A stretch of 64,000 nt of DNA from an uncultured Actinomycetota bacterium (GTDB lineage Bacteria > Actinomycetota > Actinomycetes > JACCUZ01): contig CAVXNC010000018.1 of NCBI GenBank assembly GCA_963762865.1, positions 75,506 through 139,505 on the forward strand, written 5' to 3'. The notes beneath the pieces were generated by a model, which made no database searches, was not told the DNA's origin, and was given only the letters and a program-made list of their open reading frames with translations. The position numbers and the translations under genes were made by a program. Position 1 is the first letter of the stretch. Every line of letters starts with the position of its first letter. Shown here in pieces: positions 51,801 through 62,534 of this stretch.

Positions 51801-52061
51801 TGCCGTTCTTCGGTGTTGAGCCTCCGGGCGCCGGCTGCTACCAGGGCAGCCGGCGACCGGAGGGAGTCCTGAGGTCGAGCGCCACCGGTGCCGCCTTCGT
51901 CCCGCGGCGCTGCACACGCAGGGTGCGGCGGCTTCGCGGGGCGACGGTGCCGGTCACGGCGCTGATGGCCATGACCCAATCTCGGTGTCTCGCGCGCTGC
52001 CCAGTAGGGGTCGAAGCGCCATTTCTTGTGGTCAGTTCGTACCAGTCGGCTGCACCGGCGC

Positions 52062-53294
52062 TCAGCCGCGGACCGGCACCGCCGAGTAGCCGCGCAGGAC
52101 GAAGGTCGGTCGGCGCACCGGCTTCCCGGCCTGCTCGATCCGCGGGAAGCGGTCCAGCAGCGTCGGGAGCGCGATCTGCAGCTCCATCCGGGCCAGCGGG
52201 GCGCCCAGGCAGTGGTGCAGCCCCGCGCCGAAGGAGATGTGGTGGTTGGGCCGCCGGCCGATGTCGAGCCGGTCGGGGTCGTCGAAGGCGGCCGGGTCGC
52301 GGTTGGCCGCGCCGAGCAGCGCCGCGATGCGGGTGCCGGCTGCGACCGGTGCGCCGCCGACGGCCACGTCGTCCTGGGCGGTGCGCTCGAAGAGCTGCAG
52401 CGGCGAGTCGAAGCGGAGCAGCTCCTCCACCGCGGAGTCCACCAGCGAGCGGTCGGCCTGCAGCCGCTCGAGCTGGTCGGGATTCGCGAGCAGGGCCACG
52501 ATGCCGTTGCCGAACCCGTTGACCGACGCCTCGTGGCCGGCGTTGAGCAGCAGGATCGCCGAGGCGACCAGCTCCTCGCCGGTGAGCCGCTCGCCGGCCT
52601 CCTCCTCGGCCGCCAGGTGGCTGACCAGGTCGTCGCGCGGGTGCGTCCGGCGCTCGTCGGCGAGCGCGCGCATGTAGTCACCGAAGGCCGCCGCCGCCTC
52701 GATGGCGGCACCCTCGGCGTCGGGCGTGCGGCCGTACTCGTACATCGCGACGATCGCCTGTGACCACGGACGCAGCAGGTGGCGGTCCTCCTCCGGTACG
52801 CCCAGCAGCTCGGCGACGATGGCGACCGGCAGAGGCTCGGCGTAGTCGGCGATCAGGTCGAAGCCGTCCGGGTCGACCCGGTCGAGCAGCTCGGCAGTCA
52901 TCCGCTCCACCCGCGGACGGAGCCGCTCGACGTGGCCCCGGCCGAAGGACTTGGCGACCAGCGATCGCAGCCGGGTGTGCACCGGCGGCTCGTTCTCCAT
53001 CATCTGGTTGCGGTGCAGTGCGTTGAACGTCTCGAAGCGGTCGGTCGGCTGCCGGTCGGTCCACAGCCGGCCGAGGCGCCGGTCGCGCAGCACCTGGTTG
53101 GCGTGCTCGTAGGACAGTGCGAGCCACTGCCCGGTCGGCTGGTGCCAGAGCACCGGCGACGCGGCACGCAGCTCGGCCAGCGCCGGGTAGGGGTCCTCGA
53201 GGAAGCCCGGGCCGCCGAGGTCGAGGGGCTCCGGCGCGGACGGGAGGCCGTGACCCGTCACGTCGGCAGCGTCGGAGGAGACGCCGTGTCCCAC
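52062..53294 (-). CDS. Cytochrome P450.
   Basis: Heme-binding loop (FGAGLHHCLGAPLA), ExxR and a PERF-like region. The N-terminal start is uncertain (GTG ~53294). Confidence 0.8.
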   Translation of the reverse strand: MGHGVSSDAADVTGHGLPSAPEPLDLGGPGFLEDPYPALAELRAASPVLWHQPTGQWLALSYEHANQVLRDRRLGRLWTDRQPTDRFETFNALHRNQMMENEPPVHTRLRSLVAKSFGRGHVERLRPRVERMTAELLDRVDPDGFDLIADYAEPLPVAIVAELLGVPEEDRHLLRPWSQAIVAMYEYGRTPDAEGAAIEAAAAFGDYMRALADERRTHPRDDLVSHLAAEEEAGERLTGEELVASAILLLNAGHEASVNGFGNGIVALLANPDQLERLQADRSLVDSAVEELLRFDSPLQLFERTAQDDVAVGGAPVAAGTRIAALLGAANRDPAAFDDPDRLDIGRRPNHHISFGAGLHHCLGAPLARMELQIALPTLLDRFPRIEQAGKPVRRPTFVLRGYSAVPVRG

Positions 53295-53364
53295 GACCTC
53301 GTCGTCGACGTCGCGGTAACCGGTCTCTCCGCGCCGGCGGGCGGGGCGCCGGCTCACAGGGACC

Positions 53365-54729
53365 TCACAGGGCCACGGTAGGCCCGTCCGGGCTGGTCGG
53401 GGGCTGCATCCAGCGATCCGGCCGGGCCGCCGCCCGCGACTCCCGGGCACGGGTCACCTCGGCGTCGAGCAGCTCGCGCGCGCCGCGCTGGTCGCGATGC
53501 GCCGCCGTGACCTGGACCGGTCCCGGCGTGGTGTCGACGTGCAGGGTGGCCAGCCCCAGCCGGCGCTGCAGGACAGCCTGGCTGATCCGCACGCTTTGCA
53601 CCTTTTCGTGCGGCACCAGGTCGGTCTCGCGACGCCACCGGCCGCGACGTACGACCAGGAAGTGCTCGTCGGCGCCGACCGACAGCGACCGCCACTGCCA
53701 GGGGTCGAGGAACCGCGCCTGGCGGGGCACGCCGCTCATCGCGATCGCGGGCAGGTCGAGCCCTGGCAGTGCGAGCGCCACCAGCCGGGCGGCCTCGTCC
53801 CCGGTGGCGACCGGGGCGAGCAGCGAGGCCTTCTGCTGGCCCTCCCCGACGTAGCCCGCGACGTTGGCCTCCACCCGCACCCAGCCGCGGGACCGCCAGA
53901 GCAGCGGCTCGACCACCCGCACGGCCTGGATGCGCCCCGGCGGCACCGTCTGCGCGCGGGTCTCGAGCAGGCCGCGGCGCAGCCGCAGGCCGTCCGGGGA
54001 GTCGGCCACCGTGAAGTCGAACTGCCCGGCGACCCCGTTGATGGCAGCGGGCACGGCGACCAGCAGGAAGGGCACCGCCAGCCCGAGCGCGGCCGGCTCG
54101 CCGCTGACGGCGGACATGGCCACCAGGGAGGCGCCGACGACGAGCGTCCAGAAGGTGACCGCCGACCGCAGCTGCGACTCGACCAGCCGGCCCAGCGGCA
54201 CGGTCAGCAGCACCCGCTCGGGGGCGACCGGCGCCTGCGGCTGGTCGTGCTCGAGGCCGGCTGCGCGCGCCAGGAGCTCGGCGCGCAGCTGCTGCGCGGC
54301 CGGCTCGGAGAGGTAGGCCAGCGGCGCCTCCGAGGACGACCCGCCCGCCACCTCCAGCCGCAGCTCCGCCAGCCCGAGTGCCCGGGCCACCAGGGGGCGG
54401 ACGACGTCGACGGCCTGCAGCCGGTCCAGACGCACCTGCCGCGACCGGCGGAAGAACACTCCGGTCTCCAGCCGCAGGTCGTCCTGGCTGATCCGGTAGT
54501 GCGTGCGCCGCCAGGACAGGAAGCCGTAGGCGACGCCGATCGGGACGCTCGCCGCGATCACCGAGGCGACCCAGAGGGGTGGTACGCCGCCGTAGGCCTG
54601 CTGCAGCGCGATCGCGACCACCGCGGCGAAGACCTTCCAGCCCCGCAGCACCGGCGTGAGGGGGTGCAGGCGCCGGAACTCGGCCGGCGGGCGGGCCGGC
54701 GGCCCGGCAGGCGACGTGTCAGCAGCCAC
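53365..54729 (-). CDS. PH domain-containing membrane protein (YdbT-like, triple bPH_2).
   Basis: 454 aa with TM segments plus three bacterial PH-like repeats. The GTG start abuts the ydbS-like stop. Confidence 0.75.
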   Translation of the reverse strand: MAADTSPAGPPARPPAEFRRLHPLTPVLRGWKVFAAVVAIALQQAYGGVPPLWVASVIAASVPIGVAYGFLSWRRTHYRISQDDLRLETGVFFRRSRQVRLDRLQAVDVVRPLVARALGLAELRLEVAGGSSSEAPLAYLSEPAAQQLRAELLARAAGLEHDQPQAPVAPERVLLTVPLGRLVESQLRSAVTFWTLVVGASLVAMSAVSGEPAALGLAVPFLLVAVPAAINGVAGQFDFTVADSPDGLRLRRGLLETRAQTVPPGRIQAVRVVEPLLWRSRGWVRVEANVAGYVGEGQQKASLLAPVATGDEAARLVALALPGLDLPAIAMSGVPRQARFLDPWQWRSLSVGADEHFLVVRRGRWRRETDLVPHEKVQSVRISQAVLQRRLGLATLHVDTTPGPVQVTAAHRDQRGARELLDAEVTRARESRAAARPDRWMQPPTSPDGPTVAL

Positions 54730-55215
54730 TCAGATGCCTGCCGCGGTGGCCTCGCCGCGGGCGGCCAGCCGGTCGCGCAGCCGGGCGGCCTCGGCGGGGA
54801 CCAGCCCCGGGATCGTGGCGTCGGTGGCGGCCGCGGCGGTGTGCAGCTGCACGGTGGCCAGCCCGAACCGCCGGTCCAGCGGCCCGGCGGTGACGTCGAC
54901 GAACTGCATCCGTCCGTAGGGCACGACCACCAGCTGGCGGCGCAGCACGCCGCGCGTCACCAGCAGGTCGTCGGCGCGCTCGGCATAGCCCCAGGACCGC
55001 ACGGTGCGCCCGACCACGAGCCACGACCAGCCGAGGACCGCGATGCCGACCACCGCGGCGAGCAGCCCGGCCCAGACGTGCACCAGCCAGAGCGCGGCCA
55101 CCGCCAGCCCGGTCAGCGGGACCCAGCCGAGGACCAGGCCGAGCCGGCGAACCGTCGCCAGCCGGGGCGAGACCCGCACCCAGGGCTCGCCGGGCGGGTC
55201 GAAGGGCTCGGTCAC
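54730..55215 (-). CDS. PH domain-containing membrane protein (YdbS-like).
   Basis: A ~161-aa protein with two TM helices plus a bPH_2 domain. GTG start. Confidence 0.65.
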   Translation of the reverse strand: MTEPFDPPGEPWVRVSPRLATVRRLGLVLGWVPLTGLAVAALWLVHVWAGLLAAVVGIAVLGWSWLVVGRTVRSWGYAERADDLLVTRGVLRRQLVVVPYGRMQFVDVTAGPLDRRFGLATVQLHTAAAATDATIPGLVPAEAARLRDRLAARGEATAAGI

Positions 55216-55318
55216 GCCGCCGACGCTAACCGACCCGGGTCGGCTCCGTACCGCCCCGCCGCCCCGCCGGCGCCATGGTGGCGGGGTGGTGGCGAGGTGG
55301 TGGCAGACTCGGCCGGCA

Positions 55319-56502
55319 TGAGCGCGGGTGGGCCGGTCGAGCGGATCGTCGGTGTCGGCGCCGGGGCCGCTGAGGTCGCCGACGTCGAGCGCGGCCGCCT
55401 GGCCACCCAGGACATGGTGCTCAACATCGGCCCGCAGCACCCCTCCACGCACGGGGTCCTGCGGCTGCGGCTCACCCTGGACGGCGAGCGCATCCTGGCC
55501 GCGGAGCCGATCGTCGGCTACATGCACCGCGGCGCCGAGAAGCTCTTCGAGGTGCGCGACTACCGGCAGATCATCGTGCTGGCCAACCGGCACGACTGGC
55601 TCTCGGCCTTCGCCAACGAGCTCGGCGTGGTCCTGGCGGCCGAGCGGCTGCTGGGGATGGAGGTCCCGGTCCGCGCGGTCTGGGCCCGCACCCTGCTCGC
55701 CGAGCTGAACCGGGTGCTCAACCACCTGATGTTCCTCGGCTCGTACCCGCTCGAGGTCGGCGCGATCACGCCGATCTTCTACGCCTTCCGGGAGCGGGAG
55801 ACCATCCAGGCGGTCATGGAGGAGGTGTCCGGCGGCCGGATGCACTTCATGTTCAACCGGGTCGGCGGCCTCAAGGAGGAGCTGCCGGCCGGCTGGACCG
55901 GCCGGGCCCGCACCGCGGTGCACGAGGTGCGCCGCCGCCTGCCCGACATCGAGAACCTGATCCTGGGCAACGAGATCTTCCGGGCGCGGACGAGGGGTGT
56001 CGGCGTGCTGGACCCGGCCCTCGTCCGGGCGTACGGCGTCAGCGGACCCATCGCGCGCGGCTCCGGCGTGGAGCTGGACCTGCGCCGGGACGAGCCCTAC
56101 CTGGCCTACGGCGAGCTGGACGTGCCGGTCGTGACCCGCACCGAGGGCGACTGCCTGGCGCGCTTCCAGGTGCTGCACGAGCAGGCGAAGGTGTCGCTCG
56201 ACCTCGCGGATGCGTGCCTCGACCGGCTGGCCACGCTGCCGCCGGGGCCGGTGACCACCAAGCTGCCCAAGGTGCTCAAGGTGCCGGAGGGCTCGACCTA
56301 CGCGTGGACCGAGAACCCGCTCGGCATCAACGGCTACTACCTGGTGTCACGCGGTGAGAAGACGCCGTGGCGGCTCAAGCTGCGGTCGGCATCGTTCAAC
56401 AACATCCAGGTGCTGACCGAGCTGCTGCCCGGGACCCTGGTCGCCGACATGGTGGCGATCCTCGGCTCGATGTTCTTCGTCGTCGGTGACATCGACAAAT
56501 AG
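55319..56502 (+). CDS. NADH-quinone oxidoreductase subunit D homolog (standalone NuoD/49-kDa family).
   Basis: The NuoD N-terminus ([19 protein letters not shown]) and C-terminus ([17 protein letters not shown]). No other nuo genes are adjacent. Confidence 0.8.
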
Positions 56503-56527
56503 CGTCGTCGGTGACATCGACAAATAG
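56478..56527. repeat. Perfect 25-bp tandem duplication (x2) covering the last 8 codons and the stop of the nuoD-like gene.
   Basis: cgtcgtcggtgacatcgacaaatag repeated twice, head to tail. Confidence 0.9.
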
Positions 56528-56529
56528 CG

Positions 56530-57150
56530 TCAGGCGATGCGGCGGGCGCCCTGCTCCGCGGGCACGAAGGCCGGCTGACCGGCGGACGCCGCGGCCGGGT
56601 CGACCGGATCCGCGGCCCGGTCGGTGCCCGGGTCGAGCAGCCCGCGCTCGGGCAGGTCGGCCAGGACGATCTCGGTGCGGGCGGTGTCCTGGCTGCGGTC
56701 GGGGCTGGCCAGGGCGGCGGCCATCTCGCGGGTCAGCGACCGGCCGGCGCTGCGGGCCAGCGCCAGGCGGACCAGCGGCAGCTCGAGGGTGGCCGGCGGG
56801 CCGGCGGGCGGCATGGCTGCCGGTCCCTGGACGGGGGCGGCGGCGAGCTCGCGGGTGACGGCCAGCTCGGCCGCCAGGGACTCGGCACGGGCCTCGGCCC
56901 GGGCGACCGCGTCCCGCATCTCGGCCACGGTCACCCGCAGGGCGATGACCTCGGCCGACAGGGCCGCGACCTGCGCGCGGCGGGTGGAGCGGACCAGGCG
57001 GGACATGGTGGCGGTCGTCCCGGCAGCGGCCGCCACCAGGGGACGGCGCAGGGCGGTGCGGACCGACCGGCCCCAGACGGCGAGCCGCCGGGGTCTACGG
57101 TGCCGTCCGCGGACCCGTGCTGCCTGCCGTTCCGCCTGGTCACGTCCCAT
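56530..57150 (-). CDS. Hypothetical protein (coiled-coil then Pro/Ala-rich); low confidence.
   Basis: An ORF convergent with the nuoD-like gene. Protein-like in its first half only. Confidence 0.35.
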   Translation of the reverse strand: MGRDQAERQAARVRGRHRRPRRLAVWGRSVRTALRRPLVAAAAGTTATMSRLVRSTRRAQVAALSAEVIALRVTVAEMRDAVARAEARAESLAAELAVTRELAAAPVQGPAAMPPAGPPATLELPLVRLALARSAGRSLTREMAAALASPDRSQDTARTEIVLADLPERGLLDPGTDRAADPVDPAAASAGQPAFVPAEQGARRIA

Positions 57151-57235
57151 GCCAGCGGACGGTACGCGGGCTGGGACCTCAGATGGTGGCAACACGCCCA
57201 TACGCATCACATGTCACGCCAATAACAGGAGTCAC

Positions 57236-57871
57236 ATGAGCCTCACGCTGCTCGACTGGCGGCGCCGGGTCGCCGCGCTCTACGCCGCGGTCCGGGCGGA
57301 GCCCGACGCCGCCGCCGGCCACGAGCTCTGGCGGGCGGGCCGGGACGGTCTGCTGGCCCACCACCCGCAGTCGCCGCTCCCGGTCGACGAGCGGGCCGAC
57401 TTCCCTGGTGCCCGGGTGGCGCCGTACGACCCGGCCCTGCGCTTCGAGCTCGACCTCGACCCCGACGTCGAGCCGCACCGCCTCGAGGTGCCTACCGCCA
57501 CCGACGGCGTGGTGCCCTTCGAGCGCTTCGCGGTCGTGCACCTGCCGGCCGACGGGCCGGCGCCGGGCGACCTGGACGTCTGGTGGCTGGACTCCTACGG
57601 CGGCGGGGTGTTCCTGCCGGTGAAGGACGGGCTGGCCGGGACGGACACCTATGGCGCCGGCCGCTACCTGCTGGACACGGTGAAGGGTGCCGACCTGGGC
57701 GGCGACGTCGACCTGGCGACCGGCCGCGGGACGCTTGTCGTGGACCTGAACTTCGCCTACAACCCGTCGTGCGCCTACGACTCGGCGTGGGTCTGCCCGC
57801 TGGCCCCGCCCGGGAACAGGCTCGCCGCCCCGGTGAGGGGCGGCGAGCTGTACCCGGTGCGGGTGGGTTGA
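57236..57871 (+). CDS. DUF1684 domain-containing protein.
   Basis: A 211-aa sequence matching the DUF1684 family (PFERFAVVHLP...YLLDTVKGADLGGDVD...NFAYNPSCAYD). Confidence 0.7.
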   Translation: MSLTLLDWRRRVAALYAAVRAEPDAAAGHELWRAGRDGLLAHHPQSPLPVDERADFPGARVAPYDPALRFELDLDPDVEPHRLEVPTATDGVVPFERFAVVHLPADGPAPGDLDVWWLDSYGGGVFLPVKDGLAGTDTYGAGRYLLDTVKGADLGGDVDLATGRGTLVVDLNFAYNPSCAYDSAWVCPLAPPGNRLAAPVRGGELYPVRVG

Positions 57872-57891
57872 ACGAGGGCCGAGCGGGGCGA

Positions 57892-58899
57892 CTACCCGGC
57901 CAGCGCGGCGTCGGAGGAGAAGACCAGTCCGACCGAGATCTTGCCCTGCTGGAGGGCGGTCTTGGTGAGCGGACCCCCGGCGTCCAGCGCCGAGAAGTCG
58001 TCGATCGCCAGGCCGTAGGTGTCCTCGAGACCCGGCTGGCAGAACGGGCGCTCCGGGCACTCCGGCGGGCCGCCGAGGACGATGCCCGAGCCGCACGTCT
58101 CGGCCAGGTCGGAGAGCGTCTCGACGCCGTGCTCGTCGGCGAAGGCGGTGGTGACGGCGAAGGCGTTCTGGTCCTGCGCCGCGGCCGGCTCACCGAAGAC
58201 CAGGCCGACCTTCTCGCCCAGCCCCTTGAGACCTTCGACGGTCGCGTCCAGGTCGCTGCTCGCGATCGGCTCGGCCGTGGCGCCGTTCTCGGCCTTGTTG
58301 ATGAACTCGGTCAGTGTGCCGACGTACTCCGGCACGACGTCGACGTCGCCCTTCTCCAGGGCCGGCTCGATGACCTCGCGGTTGCTCAGCTGGCGGACGC
58401 TGGCGTCGAAGCCGGCCGCGTTCAGAACCTCGGCGTAGATGTTGGCGAGCGTCGCGTTCTCGGAGAAGTTGGCGTGGGCGACGGTGACCTTGCCGGACCC
58501 TCCGGAGAGGCCGTCGGCCAGGCCCTCGTCCTGCACGAACTGCTTGGCGACGTTGGGCGAGGTCTCGCGGTCGACGTCGGTCGACTTGTTCAGCGCAATC
58601 AGCTTGTCGGTGTCGAGCGCGGCCGACACCGCGTCGAGTGCCGCGAGCATCGCGTCGGAGGACGACTCGGCGTTGACCGCCGGGATGATGTTGTCGACGG
58701 TCTGCAGGCCCTGGTCGTCGTCGAGCACCACGAGCTCGTCGCCGGCCACGGGGGCGCAGTCCTCGGCACCGGCGGCGCTGTTGGAGGTCGTGGTCTTGGC
58801 CTTGGTCCCCGAGGAACCGCTGTCGCCGCAGCCGGCCAGGGCCAGGGCGAGGAAGAGGAGTGCGACGAGCCCAGCCCGTCCGTACGTGCGCGTGCGCAT
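57892..58899 (-). CDS. Glycine betaine/osmoprotectant ABC transporter substrate-binding lipoprotein.
   Basis: Lipobox (LALALAGCG) and an OpuAC-type SBP fold. Confidence 0.8.
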   Translation of the reverse strand: MRTRTYGRAGLVALLFLALALAGCGDSGSSGTKAKTTTSNSAAGAEDCAPVAGDELVVLDDDQGLQTVDNIIPAVNAESSSDAMLAALDAVSAALDTDKLIALNKSTDVDRETSPNVAKQFVQDEGLADGLSGGSGKVTVAHANFSENATLANIYAEVLNAAGFDASVRQLSNREVIEPALEKGDVDVVPEYVGTLTEFINKAENGATAEPIASSDLDATVEGLKGLGEKVGLVFGEPAAAQDQNAFAVTTAFADEHGVETLSDLAETCGSGIVLGGPPECPERPFCQPGLEDTYGLAIDDFSALDAGGPLTKTALQQGKISVGLVFSSDAALAG

Positions 58900-59080
58900 G
58901 TGCAGCCCGCCTTCTGTGTCCCGCCGCCGCGGGGGCCGCGCCGGCGCGTGTCTGGCGAGCCGCGATCCCGGCCCGCAGGGACCAGCCTTACCGCCGGGTA
59001 TGACAGTTGCAACTCCTGGCCCGGTCACGGACGGGTCACGAAACGCGCGGCCGCCTCTCGCCGGTCGCAAACCCGCCGGT

Positions 59081-59797
59081 TCAGAGGGCATCGACGGCCG
59101 CAGTGTCCAGCGCTGCCCGCCGGCGCAGCACGCGCGGCCGCTCCCGCCCGGGCGTCACGCTGCGCTGCACGAGGGCCAGCACACCCTCGGTGACCAGCGC
59201 CAGCAAGGCGACCAGGATGCCGCCGGCAAGGATCTGCGGCTGGTCCTGCTGACCGAACCCGTCGGTGATGATCCGCCCGAGCCCGCCACCGCCCACCAGC
59301 GCGGCGAGGGTGGCCGTCGCGACGACCTGGACCGTCGCGGTCCGGAAACCCGCTGCGATCAGCGGCACCGCCAGCGGGAGCTCGACCCTCAGCAGCACGG
59401 ACCGCCCCGACAGGCCCATCCCCCTGGCCGCCTCCACCACGTCGCGGTCGACCTCGCGCACGCCGACGTAGGTGTTGGTGAGCAGCGGCGGGATCGCGAA
59501 GACGGCCAGCGCGATGATCGTGGCGCGGTTGCCGAAGCCGATCGAGGTCGCGGCGAAGATCGTCAGCAGCGCGAGGGTCGGGATGGCCCGCGAGACGTTG
59601 GACACCACCACGGTCAGACCGCCGCCACGGCCGGTGTGCCCCAGAGCCAGGGCGAGCGGCAGCGCGATCACCGAGGCGATCAGCACCGAGAAGCCCGTGA
59701 TGTAGAGGTGCTCGTAGGTGAGATAGGGCACACCGGTCGACCCCTGGTAGTTCAGCGGGTCGTTCAGCCAGACGATCGCGTCGCCCAAGGTGTTCAT
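59081..59797 (-). CDS. Osmoprotectant ABC transporter permease.
   Basis: A BPD-transporter-like permease starting MNTLGD. Coordinates may be off by ±1. Confidence 0.8.
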   Translation of the reverse strand: MNTLGDAIVWLNDPLNYQGSTGVPYLTYEHLYITGFSVLIASVIALPLALALGHTGRGGGLTVVVSNVSRAIPTLALLTIFAATSIGFGNRATIIALAVFAIPPLLTNTYVGVREVDRDVVEAARGMGLSGRSVLLRVELPLAVPLIAAGFRTATVQVVATATLAALVGGGGLGRIITDGFGQQDQPQILAGGILVALLALVTEGVLALVQRSVTPGRERPRVLRRRAALDTAAVDAL

Positions 59798-59826
59798 CGG
59801 CACCGGCACCGCGCCGACCGACGCGC

Positions 59827-60504
59827 TCACGAGCGCCCCGCCGACCACGGTGTCATCAGCCGGGTCGCGCCGGCCAGCAGCACGTCGAACGTGAGGCCAA
59901 GGGCGACCGTGAGCACCGACGCCGTGAGGATCTCCGCTCGGTAGAAGTTGTTCTGGAAGCCCCGCAGGATCAGCCCGCCAAGGCCCCCGTAGCCGACGAC
60001 CACGCCGACGGTGACCAGGGCCACCGTGGACACGGTCGCCACCCGGACGCCGGCCATGATCGTGGGCAGCGCGACCGGCACCTCCACCTGCCAGAGCAGC
60101 CGGGCTCGGCCGTACCCCATGCCCTTCGCCGCCTCCCGCACGTCCTCCGGCACACCTTCCAGCCCGGTGAGGATGTTGCGCACCAGGACCAGGAGGGCGT
60201 ACATCACGAGACCGAACAGCACGGTGCGCCGGTTGGGGCCGAAGGCGTCGAGCGGGACGAGGAACGCGAAGAGTGCGAGGGACGGGATCGTGTAGAGCAC
60301 GCCGCTGAGGCCGAGCACCGGGGCCGCGAGCCGGTGGTAGCGGTGTGCCAGGATCGCCAGCGGGAAGGCCACCAGCAGCCCGATGACAACTGTCTCCACG
60401 GACAGCAGGACGTGGTCGACGAAGGCCTTCTGCAGGTCGGCCGAGTTGTCCTGCACGTAGTCCCAAGAGAACCAAGGGTTGGCTGCCTCGCCGGAGGTCG
60501 ATAC
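59827..60504 (-). CDS. Osmoprotectant ABC transporter permease (second subunit).
   Basis: A hydrophobic permease. The start is uncertain (GTG ~60504, or 60540). Confidence 0.75.
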   Translation of the reverse strand, partial: VSTSGEAANPWFSWDYVQDNSADLQKAFVDHVLLSVETVVIGLLVAFPLAILAHRYHRLAAPVLGLSGVLYTIPSLALFAFLVPLDAFGPNRRTVLFGLVMYALLVLVRNILTGLEGVPEDVREAAKGMGYGRARLLWQVEVPVALPTIMAGVRVATVSTVALVTVGVVVGYGGLGGLILRGFQNNFYRAEILTASVLTVALGLTFDVLLAGATRLMTPWSAGRS

Positions 60505-60563
60505 TGACGGTGCGGCACGCACTCCGGACAGGAAGGGCACGGGTGGACGCTACCCCGGAACCG

Positions 60564-61718
60564 ATGATCCGACTCGAGGGCGTCGGCAAGCGTTACGACG
60601 ACGGCACCGTCGCCGTGCACGAGCTCGACCTCGACGTGCCGGAGGGCGAGCTCGTCGTGCTCGTCGGGCCGTCCGGGTGCGGCAAGTCGACGACGCTGAA
60701 GATGGTCAACCGGCTCATCGAGCCGACCAGCGGGCGCATCCTGCTCGAGGGCGAGGACGTCACGCACACCGACCCGGTAGCCCTACGACGGCGGATGGGC
60801 TACGTCATCCAGCAGACCGGTCTCTTCCCGCACCAGACCGTGGCGACCAACGTCGCGACGGTGCCGCGCCTGCTCGGCTGGGACAAGAAGCGCGTCCAGG
60901 AGCGGACCATGGAGCTCCTGGACCTGGTCGGTCTCGAGCCCGCGCGCTTCGCGAAGCGCTACCCCCACCAGCTCTCCGGCGGTCAGAAGCAGCGCGTCGG
61001 CGTCGCCCGCGCACTCGCCGCCGACCCGCCCGTCCTGCTGATGGACGAGCCCTTCGGCGCCGTCGACCCGATCGTCCGCGACCGGCTGCAGGCGGAGTTC
61101 GTGCGCCTGCAGCGTGCGGTCCGCAAGACCGTCCTCTTCGTCACCCACGACCTCGACGAGGCGGTGCGGGTGGGTGACCGGATCGCCGTCTTCCGCGACG
61201 GCGGACACCTCGAGCAGTACGACGCGCCACCGCGGATCCTCGGCAACCCGGCCACCGAGTTCGTCCGGAAGTTCGTCGGCAGCGACCGCGGCCTCAAGCG
61301 GCTGTCGGTCACCGCGATCGACGTCTCCGACCTCGACCACCCACCGGTCGTGCACCTGCAGGACCGGGTCGCCGCAGCCATCGGAGAGCTGGAGGCCGCT
61401 CGCGCCCGCTGGGCGGTGGTGCTCGACGACCACGACAACCTGCACGGCTGGTTCGCGGCGGACGAGCCCGGCGACGGGACCGTCGCCGACCGCGCGCGCC
61501 GGATGGAGGCCTGGGTGCCGGTCGGGTCGTCACTGAAGGCCGCGTTCTCCGAGATGCTGCAGCACGACGCGGGCTGGGTCGCCGTCCTCGACGGCGACCG
61601 GTACCTCGGCGTCCTGACGCCGGGGACCCTGCACGAGGCGCTGCGCCGGTCGGTCGAGTCCGACCTCAAGGGCGTGGCGCCCGACGACGTCGACCTGGAG
61701 ATCGTGCCGTCGGCGTGA
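60564..61718 (+). CDS. Glycine betaine/proline ABC transporter ATP-binding protein with C-terminal tandem CBS domains.
   Basis: Walker A (GPSGCGKST), LSGGQ and a C-terminal CBS pair. Divergent from the permease/SBP genes. Confidence 0.85.
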   Translation: MIRLEGVGKRYDDGTVAVHELDLDVPEGELVVLVGPSGCGKSTTLKMVNRLIEPTSGRILLEGEDVTHTDPVALRRRMGYVIQQTGLFPHQTVATNVATVPRLLGWDKKRVQERTMELLDLVGLEPARFAKRYPHQLSGGQKQRVGVARALAADPPVLLMDEPFGAVDPIVRDRLQAEFVRLQRAVRKTVLFVTHDLDEAVRVGDRIAVFRDGGHLEQYDAPPRILGNPATEFVRKFVGSDRGLKRLSVTAIDVSDLDHPPVVHLQDRVAAAIGELEAARARWAVVLDDHDNLHGWFAADEPGDGTVADRARRMEAWVPVGSSLKAAFSEMLQHDAGWVAVLDGDRYLGVLTPGTLHEALRRSVESDLKGVAPDDVDLEIVPSA

Positions 61719-61733
61719 CGGCGTGGTGAACGG

Positions 61734-62495
61734 GTGACCGGCACCGTCACCGTCGCGGAGGCGGCGCTGCTGGTGCTTGCCGGCTTTGCCGCCGGGCTCG
61801 TCGGGAGCGTCGCCGGCCTCGCGTCGATGGTCAGCTACCCGGCGCTGCTCGCCGTCGGGCTCTCCCCGGTGGCGGCCAACGTCACCAACACGGTGGGCAT
61901 CACCTTCGCGGGTGTCGGGTCGACGCTCGGATCGCGGCCGGAGCTCGCCGGCCAGGGACGCTCGCTGCGTGTCCTCGGGCCGACCGCTGTCGTCGGCGGC
62001 CTCGCCGGGGCCGCATTGCTGCTCGTCACCCCGGCCGAGGCCTTCGAGAAGCTGGTGCCCGTCCTCATCGCCGGCGCGGCGGTCGCAGTGCTGGTGCGGC
62101 CGCGCGCGCACCTCGACGTCACACCCGGGCGTCGCGACCAGGTCCTGCAGGTCGCCGGCATCCTGCTGGCCTCGGTCTACGGCGGCTACTTCGGTGCAGC
62201 CGCCGGCGTGATGATGCTGGCGGTCCTGACGCTGACCTCGGCGTCGCCCCTGCCGCGCAGCATCGCGCTGAAGAACGTGCTGCTCTTCGCCGCCAACGCC
62301 GTCGCCGCGCTCTGGTTCGTCGTCGCCGGCCCGGTCGAGTGGGCAGCGGCGGTGCCCATCGGTGCCGGCTTCTTCCTCGGCGGCCGGCTCGGCCCGGCGG
62401 TGGTGCGGCGGGCTCCGGCCCGCCCGCTGCGGCTCTTCATCGCGGCCTCCGGCCTGGTCGTCGCCGCCGTGCTGGCCCGCGACGCCTGGTCCTGA
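61734..62495 (+). CDS. Sulfite exporter TauE/SafE family membrane protein.
   Basis: A 253-aa hydrophobic protein with the TauE-like repeat architecture. Confidence 0.8.
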   Translation: MTGTVTVAEAALLVLAGFAAGLVGSVAGLASMVSYPALLAVGLSPVAANVTNTVGITFAGVGSTLGSRPELAGQGRSLRVLGPTAVVGGLAGAALLLVTPAEAFEKLVPVLIAGAAVAVLVRPRAHLDVTPGRRDQVLQVAGILLASVYGGYFGAAAGVMMLAVLTLTSASPLPRSIALKNVLLFAANAVAALWFVVAGPVEWAAAVPIGAGFFLGGRLGPAVVRRAPARPLRLFIAASGLVVAAVLARDAWS

Positions 62496-62534
62496 CGGCC
62501 GGGCACTCGTGACCGGTCGGGGGCGCCGGGTTGA

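Noticed and set aside
51832-51963. A small 43-aa Arg-rich ORF in the MidA-P450 intergenic region.
   Set aside because: It has no start/RBS context, its composition matches GC-rich non-coding DNA, and it is not conserved-looking.
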